From Terriglobales bacterium (GTDB lineage: Bacteria; Acidobacteriota; Terriglobia; Terriglobales; Acidobacteriaceae): a stretch of 64,000 nt of DNA. Numbering within the stretch: the stretch's first letter is position 1; every line of letters begins with the position of its first letter. The notes under the pieces were generated by a model. The model saw only the letters and a program-made list of their open reading frames with translations. It made no database searches and was not told the origin of the DNA. The translations under genes were made by a program, and so were the position numbers. The stretch covers positions 1,169 through 65,168 of the forward strand of contig JBAVVP010000163.1 in assembly GCA_049697355.1 (NCBI GenBank), read 5' to 3'. Positions 41,754 to 52,441 of this stretch are shown one piece after another.

Positions 41754-43652
41754 CTAGACCGTCGTCGGCGTCGTTCCTGGCGCGGTATTGGCCGGGCCAC
41801 TGTACTGGTTGATGTGTTCGAGTTCCTGGAGATGGTTGTACCAGGTGAACTTCAGGGTGATCGAAGTAATCGCGATGACGCCAAACGCGATCGCCGCGGT
41901 CCGCAGCCTCCACGTCACGATGTAGATGGGCAGGGCCACCAGGGCGATCTGCCAGACGATGCCAACGACGACGTTGAACATGTCGCGGAAGAAATCGTTG
42001 TTCTTTTGAAAAGACGGGTCCTCCTGCTGCACTTTCTTCAGGATCGGTCCCCAGAAGCCCCAGGGCCGCACCCGCCGGTAGAACTCTTTCAACACTTCTT
42101 CATCTTCCGGCGCGGTGAGCCATGTGCCCGCGAAGCAACCGATGAGCGATAGCAGGAACACTATGCCAAAGCCCACGGAGACTTCCAGATTCAGCGAATG
42201 GGCATGGGCGAAATTCTGCAAAGGCTCGATCGTTGTCAGTAGCGTCGGAATCGTCAGCGCGGAGGAGATTCCCGCCACCATGCCCCAGAAATAACCATAG
42301 CCATTGAAGCGCCACCAATACCACTTGAGCACATTCGAAGCCGTGTAGCCGCCCCAGAGCGAGGTCACGATCCAGATCACCACGTTGTTCACACTGGTCA
42401 CGTACCAGCCGAGCAGCACGCCGAGCAGCACCACCACGAACGAACTCAGATAGCTCAGCCGCACGTAGGTCTTCGCGCTGGCATTGGGATTGATGAAGCG
42501 CTTGTAAATGTCGTTCACGAAGTAGGGTGGCGCGGCATTCACAGTCGCAGCGAAGTTGGACATATACGCAGCCAGCAAGCCCGCGATCAGCACGCCGAGC
42601 AAGCCGGCCGGAACAAACAGCGCCAGCGCCGACGGAAGAATCCGCTCGAAATCCATGTTCGTGCCCATGCTCCGGATCTGGTCGCCGAAAAACACCAGCG
42701 CCAGCACGGTCAGCCCGGTGATCAGGAAGTAGCGCGGGAACGTCAGCACCACGTTCACCCATCCGCTCATCATGGAGGCTTCGCGCGGGTTCTTGCAGGA
42801 AAGAACGCGCTGCATGTCGTAGTTGGGCGCGGGGCCGGCGGCGCTGATCAGGATGCCTTTAAAGAGGAGCATCATCACGAAAAATCCGAATAGTCCGTAG
42901 CCGTCCTGCGCCACGCGCGCATTGGCCGACGGTATCAGATGGGACCAGTCCAGATTCAAGTGCCACCCAAAGAAGATGTTGCCCCAGCCTGCTGGAGTGA
43001 AGCGCTGCAACGTCCCCGGCGCGACCTTCATCATGGCGATGATCCCCACCGCGAAGGACGCGACGGAGAGGATGCAGAACTGCAACACTTCGGTGATCAC
43101 CACGCTGAACATCCCGCCCTTGATCACGTAAATGGCGGTGATGGCAATCAGCAGGAGGGCGTACTGATTCACGCTGAGGTGCCAGGGCAGGAAGGTGGCG
43201 GCGAATTTGCCGATGCCCTTGAACCCGTAAGTGAAGAATCCGATGATGCTGATGAAGGCGTAAATCACGACGATGATGTGGGAAAGTTGCGCGCCGCGGC
43301 CCTTGCCGAATCGCGTCTGAATCCACTCCGCACCCGTCATCACATTCGATCGCCGCAGCCAGGTGGACATATACACCATCAGGATGACCTGGTTGAAGGT
43401 CGGCCAGAGCCACGGGATCCACACGCTCTTGACGCCGTAGACAAACATCCAATAGACCAGCAGCATGGTGCCGCTGATATCAAACATCCCCGAAGCGTTG
43501 GAGATCCCGAGGATGTACCAGGGCATGACGTTGCCGCCCAGGAAGTACGCCCTCATGTCGCGCGACGCGCGATGAGAAACCCAGTAGCCGATCAGGACCG
43601 ACAGCGCCAGGTAGGCAATGATGATGGCAATATCAATGAAATGCAGGTGCAT
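41754..43652 (-). CDS. Sodium:solute symporter family transporter
   Basis: Track ORF runs to 43697; ATG 43652 gives MHLHFIDIAIIIAYLALSVLIGYWVSHRASRDMRAYFLGG. Polytopic throughout. Confidence 0.85.
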   Translation of the reverse strand: MHLHFIDIAIIIAYLALSVLIGYWVSHRASRDMRAYFLGGNVMPWYILGISNASGMFDISGTMLLVYWMFVYGVKSVWIPWLWPTFNQVILMVYMSTWLRRSNVMTGAEWIQTRFGKGRGAQLSHIIVVIYAFISIIGFFTYGFKGIGKFAATFLPWHLSVNQYALLLIAITAIYVIKGGMFSVVITEVLQFCILSVASFAVGIIAMMKVAPGTLQRFTPAGWGNIFFGWHLNLDWSHLIPSANARVAQDGYGLFGFFVMMLLFKGILISAAGPAPNYDMQRVLSCKNPREASMMSGWVNVVLTFPRYFLITGLTVLALVFFGDQIRSMGTNMDFERILPSALALFVPAGLLGVLIAGLLAAYMSNFAATVNAAPPYFVNDIYKRFINPNASAKTYVRLSYLSSFVVVLLGVLLGWYVTSVNNVVIWIVTSLWGGYTASNVLKWYWWRFNGYGYFWGMVAGISSALTIPTLLTTIEPLQNFAHAHSLNLEVSVGFGIVFLLSLIGCFAGTWLTAPEDEEVLKEFYRRVRPWGFWGPILKKVQQEDPSFQKNNDFFRDMFNVVVGIVWQIALVALPIYIVTWRLRTAAIAFGVIAITSITLKFTWYNHLQELEHINQYSGPANTAPGTTPTTV

Positions 43653-43837
43653 GAACACCCCAATGGCCCTCCCATGAGGGCGTGACTTCCCGCACATTTC
43701 CCGGAGACGTGCGCCCCACTCTCTAGTTTTGCGGGCACGCTAAATATTTACACCTCAAAGTTGTTCAATGCCAGTAGAAAATCGTTATACTAAGTATTCT
43801 TGCCGGTTCGGAACCTGCCGTTCAGAAAGCCGCCATC

Positions 43838-46282
43838 ATGAAATACGGGTACTTCGACGATCAGAACCGCGAGTATGTAATCACGCAGCCGGATACGCCA
43901 CTGCCCTGGATCAACTACCTCGGATGCGAGGCCTATTTCGGAATCATCTCCAATACTGCTGGCGGCTACTCTTTCTATCGCGACGCGCGCCTGCGCCGCA
44001 TCACGCGCTACCGTTACAACAACGCTCCCTTCGATCTCGGCGGACGCTACATTTATCTTCGTGATGATAGCTCTGGCGAATTCTGGTCTCCCTCCTGGCA
44101 ACCCACGCGGCACAAGCTGGAGCAGTATTCCTGCCGTCACGGCATGGGCTACACCACGATCGGCTCGCAATACGGCGGCATTGAGGCGAGTGCCCGCTAC
44201 TTCGTGCCTCTCGGCGAGAATCTCGAAATCTGGCAGCTGACGATCACGAATCATCGCCCGCAGGCCGCCGAACTCTCGGTTTTTTCCAGCGTCGAGTTCT
44301 GCTTGTGGGACGCGCAGGACGATTCTACAAACTTCCAGCGCAACTTCAGCATCGGCCAAGTCGAAATCGAGGACGGCGTTATCTACCACAAGACCGAATA
44401 CCGCGAGCGCCGCGACCACTTTGCGTTCTTCGCGTGCTCGGAGAAAATCGCCGGCTACGACACGCAGCGCGACGTTTTCCTCGGCCCCTATCGCGGCTGG
44501 GACAACCCCTCTGCCGTGGAGCGTGGACACTCGTCCAACTCCGTCGCCCACGGTTGGGCTCCCATCGGCTCACACCACGTCAAGCTCTCGCTCAAGCGCG
44601 GCGAATCCCGCCAGATCATTTTTGTTCTCGGCTATCAGGAGAACCCGCGGGACGAGAAATTCGATCCGCCCGATTCGCAAATCATCAGCAAGAAGACAGC
44701 GAAAGCCACGATCGCCAAGTATCGGGTTGCGGCGAATGTCGACGCGGCGTTCGAAAAGCTTCGTCTTTACTGGAGTGAATTGCTCGGCCTCTGCCAGGTG
44801 CAGACGCCCGACGTGCACACCAATCGCATGGTGAACATCTGGAACGCTTATCAGTGCATGGCTACGTTCAACATGTCCCGCTCGGCGTCCTTCTACGAAT
44901 CCGGCATCGGCCGAGGCCTCGGCTTCCGCGATTCGAACCAGGATCTGCTGGGCTTTGTCCACATGGTTCCGGGCCGCGCCCGCGAACGCATACTCGATCT
45001 CTCGGCCACGCAGCTCGCCACCGGCGGGGCTTATCACCAGTACCAGCCGCTCACCAAGCGCGGCAATAACGACGTGGGCAGCGGCTTCAACGACGATCCC
45101 CACTGGCTGATTATCGGCGTCGGCGCTTATCTCAAAGAAACTGGCGACTGCAACATTCTGGATGAACTTGTGCCCTATGACAATAAGCCCGGCTCCGAAG
45201 CGCCGCTCTACGAGCATCTGCAGCGCAGCTTCCGCTACACGCTCGATCGTCTCGGTCCGCATGGCCTGCCGCTCATCGGCCGCGCCGATTGGAACGATTG
45301 CCTCAACCTGAACTGCTTCTCCGATTCGCCGGGGCAGTCCTTCCAGACCACCACCAACAAAGACGGCAAGGTTGCCGAATCCGTTTTCATCGCTGGGCTG
45401 TTTGTGCTCGCCGGCCGCGAGCTCGCCGAAATCGCCCGCCATCGCGGCCTCGCCGCCGAGGCGTGCTCGTACCTGAGAGAAGTGGTCAAGATGGAAGCCA
45501 CGATCCGCCAGCATGGATGGGACGGCGAGTGGTTTGTCCGCGCCTACGACGATTTCGGCCGCAAGGTCGGCTCCAAGGAAAATGCCGAGGGCAAGATCTT
45601 CATCGAGACGCAGGGGATCTGCACACTGGCCGGCATCGGCATAGAAGATGGCCTCGCGGCTCGCGCCCTCGAATCCACGCGCCAGTTGCTCGCCACCAAA
45701 CACGGCATCGTCCTGCAACAGCCGGCTTACTCGAAGTATTACATCGAACTCGGCGAGATCTCCTCGTACCCGCCGGGCTACAAGGAGAACGCCGGCATCT
45801 TCTGCCACAACAATCCGTGGGTCATGATCGGCGAAACGCGCGTCGGCAATGGAGACCGTGCCCACGACTATTACAACCGGATCAATCCTTCCGCTCGCGA
45901 GGAAATCAGCGACGTCCACCGCTGCGAACCCTACGTTTACGCCCAAATGATCGCCGGCCGCGATGCTCCCACGCATGGGGAAGCCAAAAACTCGTGGCTT
46001 ACCGGCACAGCCGCTTGGAACTACTACGCCATCACGCAATGGATTCTTGGCATCCGCACGTCCTACGATGGGCTCTTGATCGCGCCGGTCATCCCGAAAA
46101 GCTGGCGCGGCTTCAAGGCTACCCGCAAATTTCGCGGCGTGACCTATGACATCGAAGTGCAGCGCGCCGGAGAGGGCAACCAGGTTTCTCTCGAAGTGAA
46201 TGGCGCGCCCGTGAAGGGCAACCTCGTACCGCTGCCCCCGTCGGGCCCTAAAACTGTATCGGTCAAAGCGACGCTGCGTTAA
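43838..46282 (+). CDS. GH94 cellobiose / chitobiose phosphorylase-family enzyme
   Basis: 814 aa. The N-terminus [29 protein letters not shown] and overall length are typical of cellobiose phosphorylases. No signal peptide. Confidence 0.9.
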   Translation: MKYGYFDDQNREYVITQPDTPLPWINYLGCEAYFGIISNTAGGYSFYRDARLRRITRYRYNNAPFDLGGRYIYLRDDSSGEFWSPSWQPTRHKLEQYSCRHGMGYTTIGSQYGGIEASARYFVPLGENLEIWQLTITNHRPQAAELSVFSSVEFCLWDAQDDSTNFQRNFSIGQVEIEDGVIYHKTEYRERRDHFAFFACSEKIAGYDTQRDVFLGPYRGWDNPSAVERGHSSNSVAHGWAPIGSHHVKLSLKRGESRQIIFVLGYQENPRDEKFDPPDSQIISKKTAKATIAKYRVAANVDAAFEKLRLYWSELLGLCQVQTPDVHTNRMVNIWNAYQCMATFNMSRSASFYESGIGRGLGFRDSNQDLLGFVHMVPGRARERILDLSATQLATGGAYHQYQPLTKRGNNDVGSGFNDDPHWLIIGVGAYLKETGDCNILDELVPYDNKPGSEAPLYEHLQRSFRYTLDRLGPHGLPLIGRADWNDCLNLNCFSDSPGQSFQTTTNKDGKVAESVFIAGLFVLAGRELAEIARHRGLAAEACSYLREVVKMEATIRQHGWDGEWFVRAYDDFGRKVGSKENAEGKIFIETQGICTLAGIGIEDGLAARALESTRQLLATKHGIVLQQPAYSKYYIELGEISSYPPGYKENAGIFCHNNPWVMIGETRVGNGDRAHDYYNRINPSAREEISDVHRCEPYVYAQMIAGRDAPTHGEAKNSWLTGTAAWNYYAITQWILGIRTSYDGLLIAPVIPKSWRGFKATRKFRGVTYDIEVQRAGEGNQVSLEVNGAPVKGNLVPLPPSGPKTVSVKATLR

Positions 46283-46421
46283 GCGGCCAACCCTCGATCG
46301 GCGCGAGTAACGGGCTAAAGTAATTGGCGAGTTTGTTAGCCATGTTCATAACTTCTAGCTTGCCGTCATCCGGCCTGCTCGGGGGGGCAAACTGTTTCAA
46401 TTACCGGCAAAGGAGCTGCTC

Positions 46422-47153
46422 ATGAACGATCTGAAAGTGATCCACTGGACCGGTGCTTTTGGGATAGCAGTCTTCGTCCTGGTCCTGATGGAGTTCCCGC
46501 TCTGGATGGTAGGCAACGCGCCTCCCTTCAACGACACCGTAGCTCACAGCCAATACATGACGAAAATCAAGGACGTCGCTCTCACGCGCGTGCTGCTCGA
46601 CATGTGCATCTACGTCAGCTCCATGATCTTCTTTGCCGGTTTCCGCCATCTGATAAGGAAAGCGCGGGCTGACTATGAGTGGGCTGCCACGCTGGCCTTT
46701 GGAGCCGGCATGATCTGGTGGGCGGTCACGCTCGTGGCCGACTCGCTGGAGGGAGGAGCGGCCCTGGATACGCTTGGCGGCAAGGCCGATCCCACCGCGG
46801 TCCGAGCCTTGGTCGAAGGCGCACTTCTCATCTTCAACGGTCCCATCGCTTTCGTCACGACCGGACTATTCCTCGGCGCGGCGGGTTACGCCAGTTGGGC
46901 TACAGGGGCGTTGCCTAAGTGGACCGCTTGGCTGGCCTATGTCGGCGCCGCGCTCTGTGCCGCATCCATTCCTGCCATGTACGGAGGCACCCTCGACCCC
47001 ACTCGTTTCTACAATGCTCTCGGATGGGGCCCCATTATCGTTGGCACCTTCCCAGTAATTCTCTGGATCTTGGTCGCCGGCATTTGCATGATCCGGAAGA
47101 GGGAAGCCATTGCGCCGATGCCGCTCCTAAGGAATACGGTCACGGGAGAATAG
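46422..47153 (+). CDS. Polytopic membrane protein of unknown function
   Basis: 243 aa with AAAGGAG RBS and about 6 hydrophobic segments. No family confidently recognised. Confidence 0.6.
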   Translation: MNDLKVIHWTGAFGIAVFVLVLMEFPLWMVGNAPPFNDTVAHSQYMTKIKDVALTRVLLDMCIYVSSMIFFAGFRHLIRKARADYEWAATLAFGAGMIWWAVTLVADSLEGGAALDTLGGKADPTAVRALVEGALLIFNGPIAFVTTGLFLGAAGYASWATGALPKWTAWLAYVGAALCAASIPAMYGGTLDPTRFYNALGWGPIIVGTFPVILWILVAGICMIRKREAIAPMPLLRNTVTGE

Positions 47154-47293
47154 GGCGAGTTCGCGCGGTGCGCTGCCGCGCCCCCCTCTATCGCTTGGAG
47201 TTCTTCACGCTCTTCTTCTTAGCCGGAGCTTGCGTTCGCCCGGAAATTTGCCGTATGTGTTCAGCACGGAGAGATTCTTCCGGATCAGCGCGT

Positions 47294-48499
47294 TCAAACC
47301 CTGCGGTTCCTGGCCAACTTGTCCAGCCGTTCCATTAGTTCAAAGCAGGCTCGGCTGTTGTGATACGGACACTTCCAGGGATCCACCTTGTACTTGTCGT
47401 TGCTCGGCGTGCCGTCGTGCGACACCTTCCCATACCACTCTCCGTGCTGGCGATCCACGATGTATTTTTCTATGAAGTCCCAGCTCTTCTCCGAGGCCTT
47501 CAGGAAATGATCTTTCCCTGAAAGTTCATAGGCGTTCAGCAATCCCACCACGGCTTCCGCCTGCGGCCACCACTGCTTGTCCGTGTCGATGATTTCCTTG
47601 CCTCGGCCTTCGTAGAACAGGCCGCCATCCGTGTCCACCGCCTGCTGGTACACCGCCTGCGCCATCCTCACCGCGGCAATCCGCGCTTCCTCCAGAATGG
47701 CCTGGTCGCCCAGGACTCCCGCAGCCTCGCAGATCAGCCAACTGCTCTCAATATCATGCCCAAAGGAAAACCGGTCCGAGTGGTTGTGCCACATTGCGTC
47801 GAAAAACATCCGTAAATGGTGCGTTTCCGGGTCAAGGATGTGTTCCAGAAAAATACGCACCAGTTCACGCAGACCCTTCCGCAGCGCGTTGTCATTCCAA
47901 ATCCGCAGCAGATTCGCGTACGCTTCCAACAGGTGCAGGTGAGTGTTCATGGATTTCTGTTCATCCATGTCCGCTTCGCTCAGCCGCTGCTCTTCTGCCA
48001 GTTTCCAGTCTCGCTCATAGGTCTCGAAGTATCCGCCGTTCTTTTCGTCATGGCTGGCGTCTTCAATCATCTGGTGCAGCGCAATGGCTTCTCCCAGCGG
48101 TTCCTTTTCCGCGCTTGCGGACGCGTACTCCGCCAGCGCGTACAGGGTAAATGCCTGCCCGAAAATCCGCTTTTTCGTTTCCACCGGGTTCCCCAGGTGG
48201 TCCACCATCCAGTACATCCCGCCGAATTCTTCGTCCCAGAAGTACTGCTGCAGATATTCGTACGCCCGCCGCGCCGTCCGCAGGTAGATCTCGTCCCCGT
48301 AAACCTTGTACGCCTTGGCAAATGTCCACAGAATGCGCGCGTTCAGGATCAGCCCTTTATGCGCCAGCGGATCAATCGTCAGATCGTTCGCAATCTGTCC
48401 GCGAAACCCGCCATACTCATCGTCCACCGCGTACTTCAACCAAAACGGCAGAATGTCGCCGCGCAATTCCCGCTCCACCCGCTCTCGCAACCCGTCCAC
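47294..48499 (-). CDS. N-acylglucosamine 2-epimerase (AGE) superfamily, cellobiose 2-epimerase-like
   Basis: 401 aa with a GTG start. ILPFWLKYAVDDEYGGF, ARILWTF, GGMYWMVD and QAFTLYALAEY are typical of AGE/CE-family (alpha/alpha)6 barrels. Confidence 0.8.
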   Translation of the reverse strand: MDGLRERVERELRGDILPFWLKYAVDDEYGGFRGQIANDLTIDPLAHKGLILNARILWTFAKAYKVYGDEIYLRTARRAYEYLQQYFWDEEFGGMYWMVDHLGNPVETKKRIFGQAFTLYALAEYASASAEKEPLGEAIALHQMIEDASHDEKNGGYFETYERDWKLAEEQRLSEADMDEQKSMNTHLHLLEAYANLLRIWNDNALRKGLRELVRIFLEHILDPETHHLRMFFDAMWHNHSDRFSFGHDIESSWLICEAAGVLGDQAILEEARIAAVRMAQAVYQQAVDTDGGLFYEGRGKEIIDTDKQWWPQAEAVVGLLNAYELSGKDHFLKASEKSWDFIEKYIVDRQHGEWYGKVSHDGTPSNDKYKVDPWKCPYHNSRACFELMERLDKLARNRRV

Positions 48500-48709
48500 G
48501 ACCGCTCACCCTTTCTCCTGTAACTCGCCGCGCAGCCGATCGTGCCTGCGTTCCTTACTACACGCTCCACGACTTACTTAACGTGCGTTCCCGGCCCGCG
48601 CGGCTCCGCTGGACCGGCTTCGACTCTCATCATCTCAGTGCGAAGACGTCGCTTCTTTTGCGTTGAGTCTGGAATATACGCCCGCCAATGTCAAGGTCAG
48701 ATAACGCTA

Positions 48710-48723
48710 GATAAACGTTTCTG
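48710..48723. promoter_or_regulatory. Weaker operator-like site GATAAACGTTTCTG upstream of the second LacI gene
   Basis: AAACGTTT core; 10/14 match to the 37703 palindrome. It lies in the divergent AGE / LacI intergenic region. Confidence 0.25.
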
Positions 48724-48834
48724 TAAAGGGAAATCGCTTTCACTTGCTTTTATTTCCTTGCACCCTCCCTGACAAAATCGCGTTAGAATGAGTGGTGCTT
48801 CGCTCCGCAGGGTGTTGAGCGAGGTTATGACCCC

Positions 48835-49881
48835 ATGAAAAAATCCGCTAAGGCACGCCACACCACGAAGGTGCCTGCAGTTACTCTCAAGTCACTGGCT
48901 TTGCATCTCGACCTTACGGCGGGAACCGTTTCCAGTGTTCTCAACAATTCGCCAGCCTCCCGCTCTATCCCCGAACACACCCGCGACCGCATCTTCAAGG
49001 CCGCTCACCAGTTCAACTATCGTCCGAATTTCCTCGCGCGTTCTCTCCGCGTCAAGCGCAGCTACACCGTCGGCGTCATCGCCGAGGAAATCGGCGATGC
49101 CTACGGCGCAACGGTCATCAGCGGTATCGAAACCTTCCTGCGCAAGAACAATTTCCTCTTCCTCACCGTCGCCCACCGCCATGACTACAAACTCATGCGC
49201 TCTTATTTCCAGTTGCTTCTCACCCGCGGCGTCGAAGGCATCATTACCATTGACACTTCGGTTGACCAGCAGCACACGGTTCCTACCGTTGCCATCGCCG
49301 GCCATCAGCACGTCCCCAACGTCACCAACATCATCCTCGATCACCACTGCGCCGCACGGCTCGTCCTTCAGCATCTCTTAGACCTGGGCCACAGACAGAT
49401 CGCTTTTTTTCGCGGACCTTCTACCAGCTCGGACTCCGTCCCGCGCTGGAACGCCATCCAGGAAGTTGCCGCCGAATTGAATCTCCCCATCGACCCGAAA
49501 CTCGTGTTCCAACTCGAAAATACCCCGAACACTCCCGATATCGGCTGCCTTCCCGCGAAGGCGCTGCTGGCCACCAAGCTCCCCTTCACCGCTCTCTTCG
49601 CCTATAACGACACTTCCGCCATGGGTGCCATGGTCGTCTTTCACAAAGTCGGCCTAAGCGTTCCCTGCGACGTTTCCGTCGTCGGCTTCGACGACATCGA
49701 CTTCTCCTCTTTCACCATTCCTCCTCTTACGACCGTCCACCAGCCCCTCCTCGAAATGGGCACCGTCGCCGCACAAACCCTGCTCGACCGCATCGGAGAG
49801 CGCGCTCCCTTTATTCCGGAAATCGCCCTCGCCCCGGAACTCATCATCCGCGAATCCACCGGCCCCGCGCGCCGGTTCTGA
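48835..49881 (+). CDS. LacI-family transcriptional regulator
   Basis: HTH VTLKSLALHLDLTAGTVSSVLNNSPASRSIPEHTRDRIFKAAHQFNYRPN, and VGFDDIDFSSFTIPPLTTVHQP near the C-terminus. Confidence 0.9.
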   Translation: MKKSAKARHTTKVPAVTLKSLALHLDLTAGTVSSVLNNSPASRSIPEHTRDRIFKAAHQFNYRPNFLARSLRVKRSYTVGVIAEEIGDAYGATVISGIETFLRKNNFLFLTVAHRHDYKLMRSYFQLLLTRGVEGIITIDTSVDQQHTVPTVAIAGHQHVPNVTNIILDHHCAARLVLQHLLDLGHRQIAFFRGPSTSSDSVPRWNAIQEVAAELNLPIDPKLVFQLENTPNTPDIGCLPAKALLATKLPFTALFAYNDTSAMGAMVVFHKVGLSVPCDVSVVGFDDIDFSSFTIPPLTTVHQPLLEMGTVAAQTLLDRIGERAPFIPEIALAPELIIRESTGPARRF

Positions 49882-49966
49882 CCTCACATTCGCACCTCTG
49901 ATCTGGATGACCTCCAGTAGCAACGCTCTAGCATGCTGGTGCAGAGCTTAGCGAACTTCATTCGCA

Positions 49967-52417
49967 ATGAGCGAAAGGTTGACGCCGCGCAACAAGTTCG
50001 CGGGCAACAAGTTCATTCGACGTTTGCTCTTCTTCAAGTTATGCTTTCCCGTTGCCGGTCTCCCGGTGCAAGCAAACATGGTGCGCATGAAACAGACAGA
50101 ACGAACTCCAGTCGCTGTCAGAAAACAATCGAAGTCCCGTCCTTACAAAAATGCTGCCCTACCCGTGGCGAAGCGGGTGAAAGACTTGCTGTCCCGCATG
50201 ACGCTGGGAGAAAAGGCGGCACAGATGGTTTGTGTCTGGCAGAAGAAGCCAGAGACCCTCGTCGATGGCGACGGCAAGTTCGACCTTCAAAAGGCCAAGA
50301 CCGCTTTCAAAGATCGCCGCGGACTGGGTCAGGTCGGTCGCCCTAGTGACGCCGGAAAGGGCAAGGACGCGCGCGGCATGGCGGAACTCACCAACGCCAT
50401 CCAGAAGTTTTTCATCGAGAACAGTCGCCTGGGAATTCCGGTGATGTTTCATGAGGAGTGCCTGCACGGTCACGCTGCCATCGACGGTACGAGTTTCCCG
50501 CAACCCATCGCGCTGGGAGCGACGTTCAATCCGAAACTGGTCGAGTCACTTTTCACGATGACGGCCGAAGAGGCCCGGGTTCGCGGGACCCATCAGGCCC
50601 TGACGCCGGTCGTGGATGTGGCGCGCGATCCGCGTTGGGGTCGCGTGGAAGAGACCTACGGGGAAGATCCGTACCTGGTCTCGCGGCTCGGAATCGCGGC
50701 GGTGCGCGGGTTCCAAGGTGATGCGAAGTTCCGGGACAAGCGGCATGTCATCGCAACCCTTAAGCACTTTGCCGGCCACGGACAGCCGGAATCGGGCATG
50801 AACTGTGCGCCGGCGAATGTATCGATGCGCCTGCTTCGCGAAACCTTCCTTTATCCCTTTAAAGCGGTCCTGGACAAAGCCGGGGCCGTCAGCGTGATGG
50901 CTTCCTATAACGAAATTGACGGCGTGCCATCGCATGCCAACAAGTGGTTGCTACGTGACGTGCTACGCAAGGAGTGGGGATTCAAAGGATTCGTCGCCGC
51001 CGACTATTTCGCAATTTGGGAGTTGAGTTACCGTCCCGATACTCACGGGCACTCCGTGGCAAGGGACAAGAAAGAGGCGTGCGCTCTCGCGGTCGAAGCG
51101 GGTGTGAATATCGAACTACCTGACCCGGACTGCTATTTGCATTTGGTCGAACTGGTCCGCAAACGCGTGCTCAAAGAGTCCCAACTCGATGAACTAGTCG
51201 CCCCGATGCTGTACTGGAAGTTCCAGATGGGCCTGTTCGACGATCCCTACGTAGATCCCGACGAAGCCGCACGGGTTGTCGGCTCCGAAGCCAATCGGAA
51301 GCTGGCCCTGCAAGCAGGGCGGGAAGTCATCACGTTGCTGAAGAATGACAACAACATCGCGCCGCTCAATCTGGATCGGATCAAGACCATCGCGGTCATC
51401 GGCCCGAATGCGGACCGCAGTCTGCTTGGCGGCTACAGCGGAGTGCCGAAGCACAACAGCACGGTGCTCGATGGCATCAAGGCCAGGGTCGGCAATCGTG
51501 CCAAGGTCCTCTACAGTGAGGGCTGCAAGATCACCATCGGCGGATCATGGAACCGGGACGAAGTCACCCCGTCCAATCCTGATGAAGACCGCAAGCAAAT
51601 TGCCGAGGCCGTCGACGTCGCCGAGCAGGCGGACGTCATCGTGCTCGCCATCGGGGGCAACGAGCAGACCTCGCGTGAGGCATGGTCGCTGGTCCACATG
51701 GGCGACCGTACCAGTCTGGATCTCATCGGGAGACAGGAAGAACTGGTCAAGGCGATGGTCGCAACCGGCAAACCGGTCATCGTCTTCCTGTTCAACGGGC
51801 GCCCGCTCTCCATCAATTACGTGAGCGAAAACGTGCCGGTCATTTTCGAGTGCTGGTATCTGGGGCAGGAAACGGGACCGGCTGTCGCGGAAGTGCTGTT
51901 TGGGGATTTCAACCCGGGGGGCAAGCTGCCGATCACCATCCCGCGATCTGCTGGTCATCTGCCGGCGTTCTACAACCACAAGCCCTCCGCGCGACGGGGT
52001 TATCTGTTCGACGACGTCTCTCCTCTCTACGCTTTTGGTTACGGTCTGAGCTACACAACCTTCGCCGTCCAGAACGTGCGCTTGGAGAAGAAGAAGATTA
52101 GACGCAATCGGGCCACGCGTGCTCTGGCGGACATCACGAACACAGGCAAGCGCGCAGGCACGGAGGTCGTGCAAATGTACATCCGCGACCGGGTGAGTTC
52201 CGTGACGCGACCCGTCAAGGAACTGAAAGCCTTCGAGAAAGTTTCACTGCAACCGGGTGAGACGAAAACGGTCAGCTTGGAAATTACACCAGAGTCGCTT
52301 GCCTTGTACGACGTGAACATGAAATACACCGTCGAGCCCGGCGAATTCGAAATCATGGTGGGAAATTCGTCGCGGAACGAAGACCTCCAGAAAGCGCTTC
52401 TTCTGGTGCAAGAGTGA
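49967..52417 (+). CDS. GH3 beta-glucosidase / beta-xylosidase (BglX-like), cytoplasmic
   Basis: 816-aa ORF; the true start is more likely ATG 50078 or 50087 (MVRMKQT...). MTLGEKAAQM, KHFAGHGQPESG, SYNEIDGVP, GFVAADY, FGYGLSYT. Confidence 0.9.
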   Translation: MSERLTPRNKFAGNKFIRRLLFFKLCFPVAGLPVQANMVRMKQTERTPVAVRKQSKSRPYKNAALPVAKRVKDLLSRMTLGEKAAQMVCVWQKKPETLVDGDGKFDLQKAKTAFKDRRGLGQVGRPSDAGKGKDARGMAELTNAIQKFFIENSRLGIPVMFHEECLHGHAAIDGTSFPQPIALGATFNPKLVESLFTMTAEEARVRGTHQALTPVVDVARDPRWGRVEETYGEDPYLVSRLGIAAVRGFQGDAKFRDKRHVIATLKHFAGHGQPESGMNCAPANVSMRLLRETFLYPFKAVLDKAGAVSVMASYNEIDGVPSHANKWLLRDVLRKEWGFKGFVAADYFAIWELSYRPDTHGHSVARDKKEACALAVEAGVNIELPDPDCYLHLVELVRKRVLKESQLDELVAPMLYWKFQMGLFDDPYVDPDEAARVVGSEANRKLALQAGREVITLLKNDNNIAPLNLDRIKTIAVIGPNADRSLLGGYSGVPKHNSTVLDGIKARVGNRAKVLYSEGCKITIGGSWNRDEVTPSNPDEDRKQIAEAVDVAEQADVIVLAIGGNEQTSREAWSLVHMGDRTSLDLIGRQEELVKAMVATGKPVIVFLFNGRPLSINYVSENVPVIFECWYLGQETGPAVAEVLFGDFNPGGKLPITIPRSAGHLPAFYNHKPSARRGYLFDDVSPLYAFGYGLSYTTFAVQNVRLEKKKIRRNRATRALADITNTGKRAGTEVVQMYIRDRVSSVTRPVKELKAFEKVSLQPGETKTVSLEITPESLALYDVNMKYTVEPGEFEIMVGNSSRNEDLQKALLLVQE

Positions 52418-52441
52418 AGGTTCTTAGAAACGAGACCATCT

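Noticed and set aside
43741-43750. TAAATATTTA palindrome and a possible TTCAAT-N16-TATACT promoter upstream of GH94
   Set aside because: The palindrome is short, AT-only and occurs once in the window. The promoter assignment rests on an E. coli-type consensus that may not apply to this lineage, so it is too weak to call.
44570-46039. 489-aa minus-strand ORF
   Set aside because: It is antisense to the GH94 phosphorylase and has a low-complexity composition. The sense strand is unambiguous.
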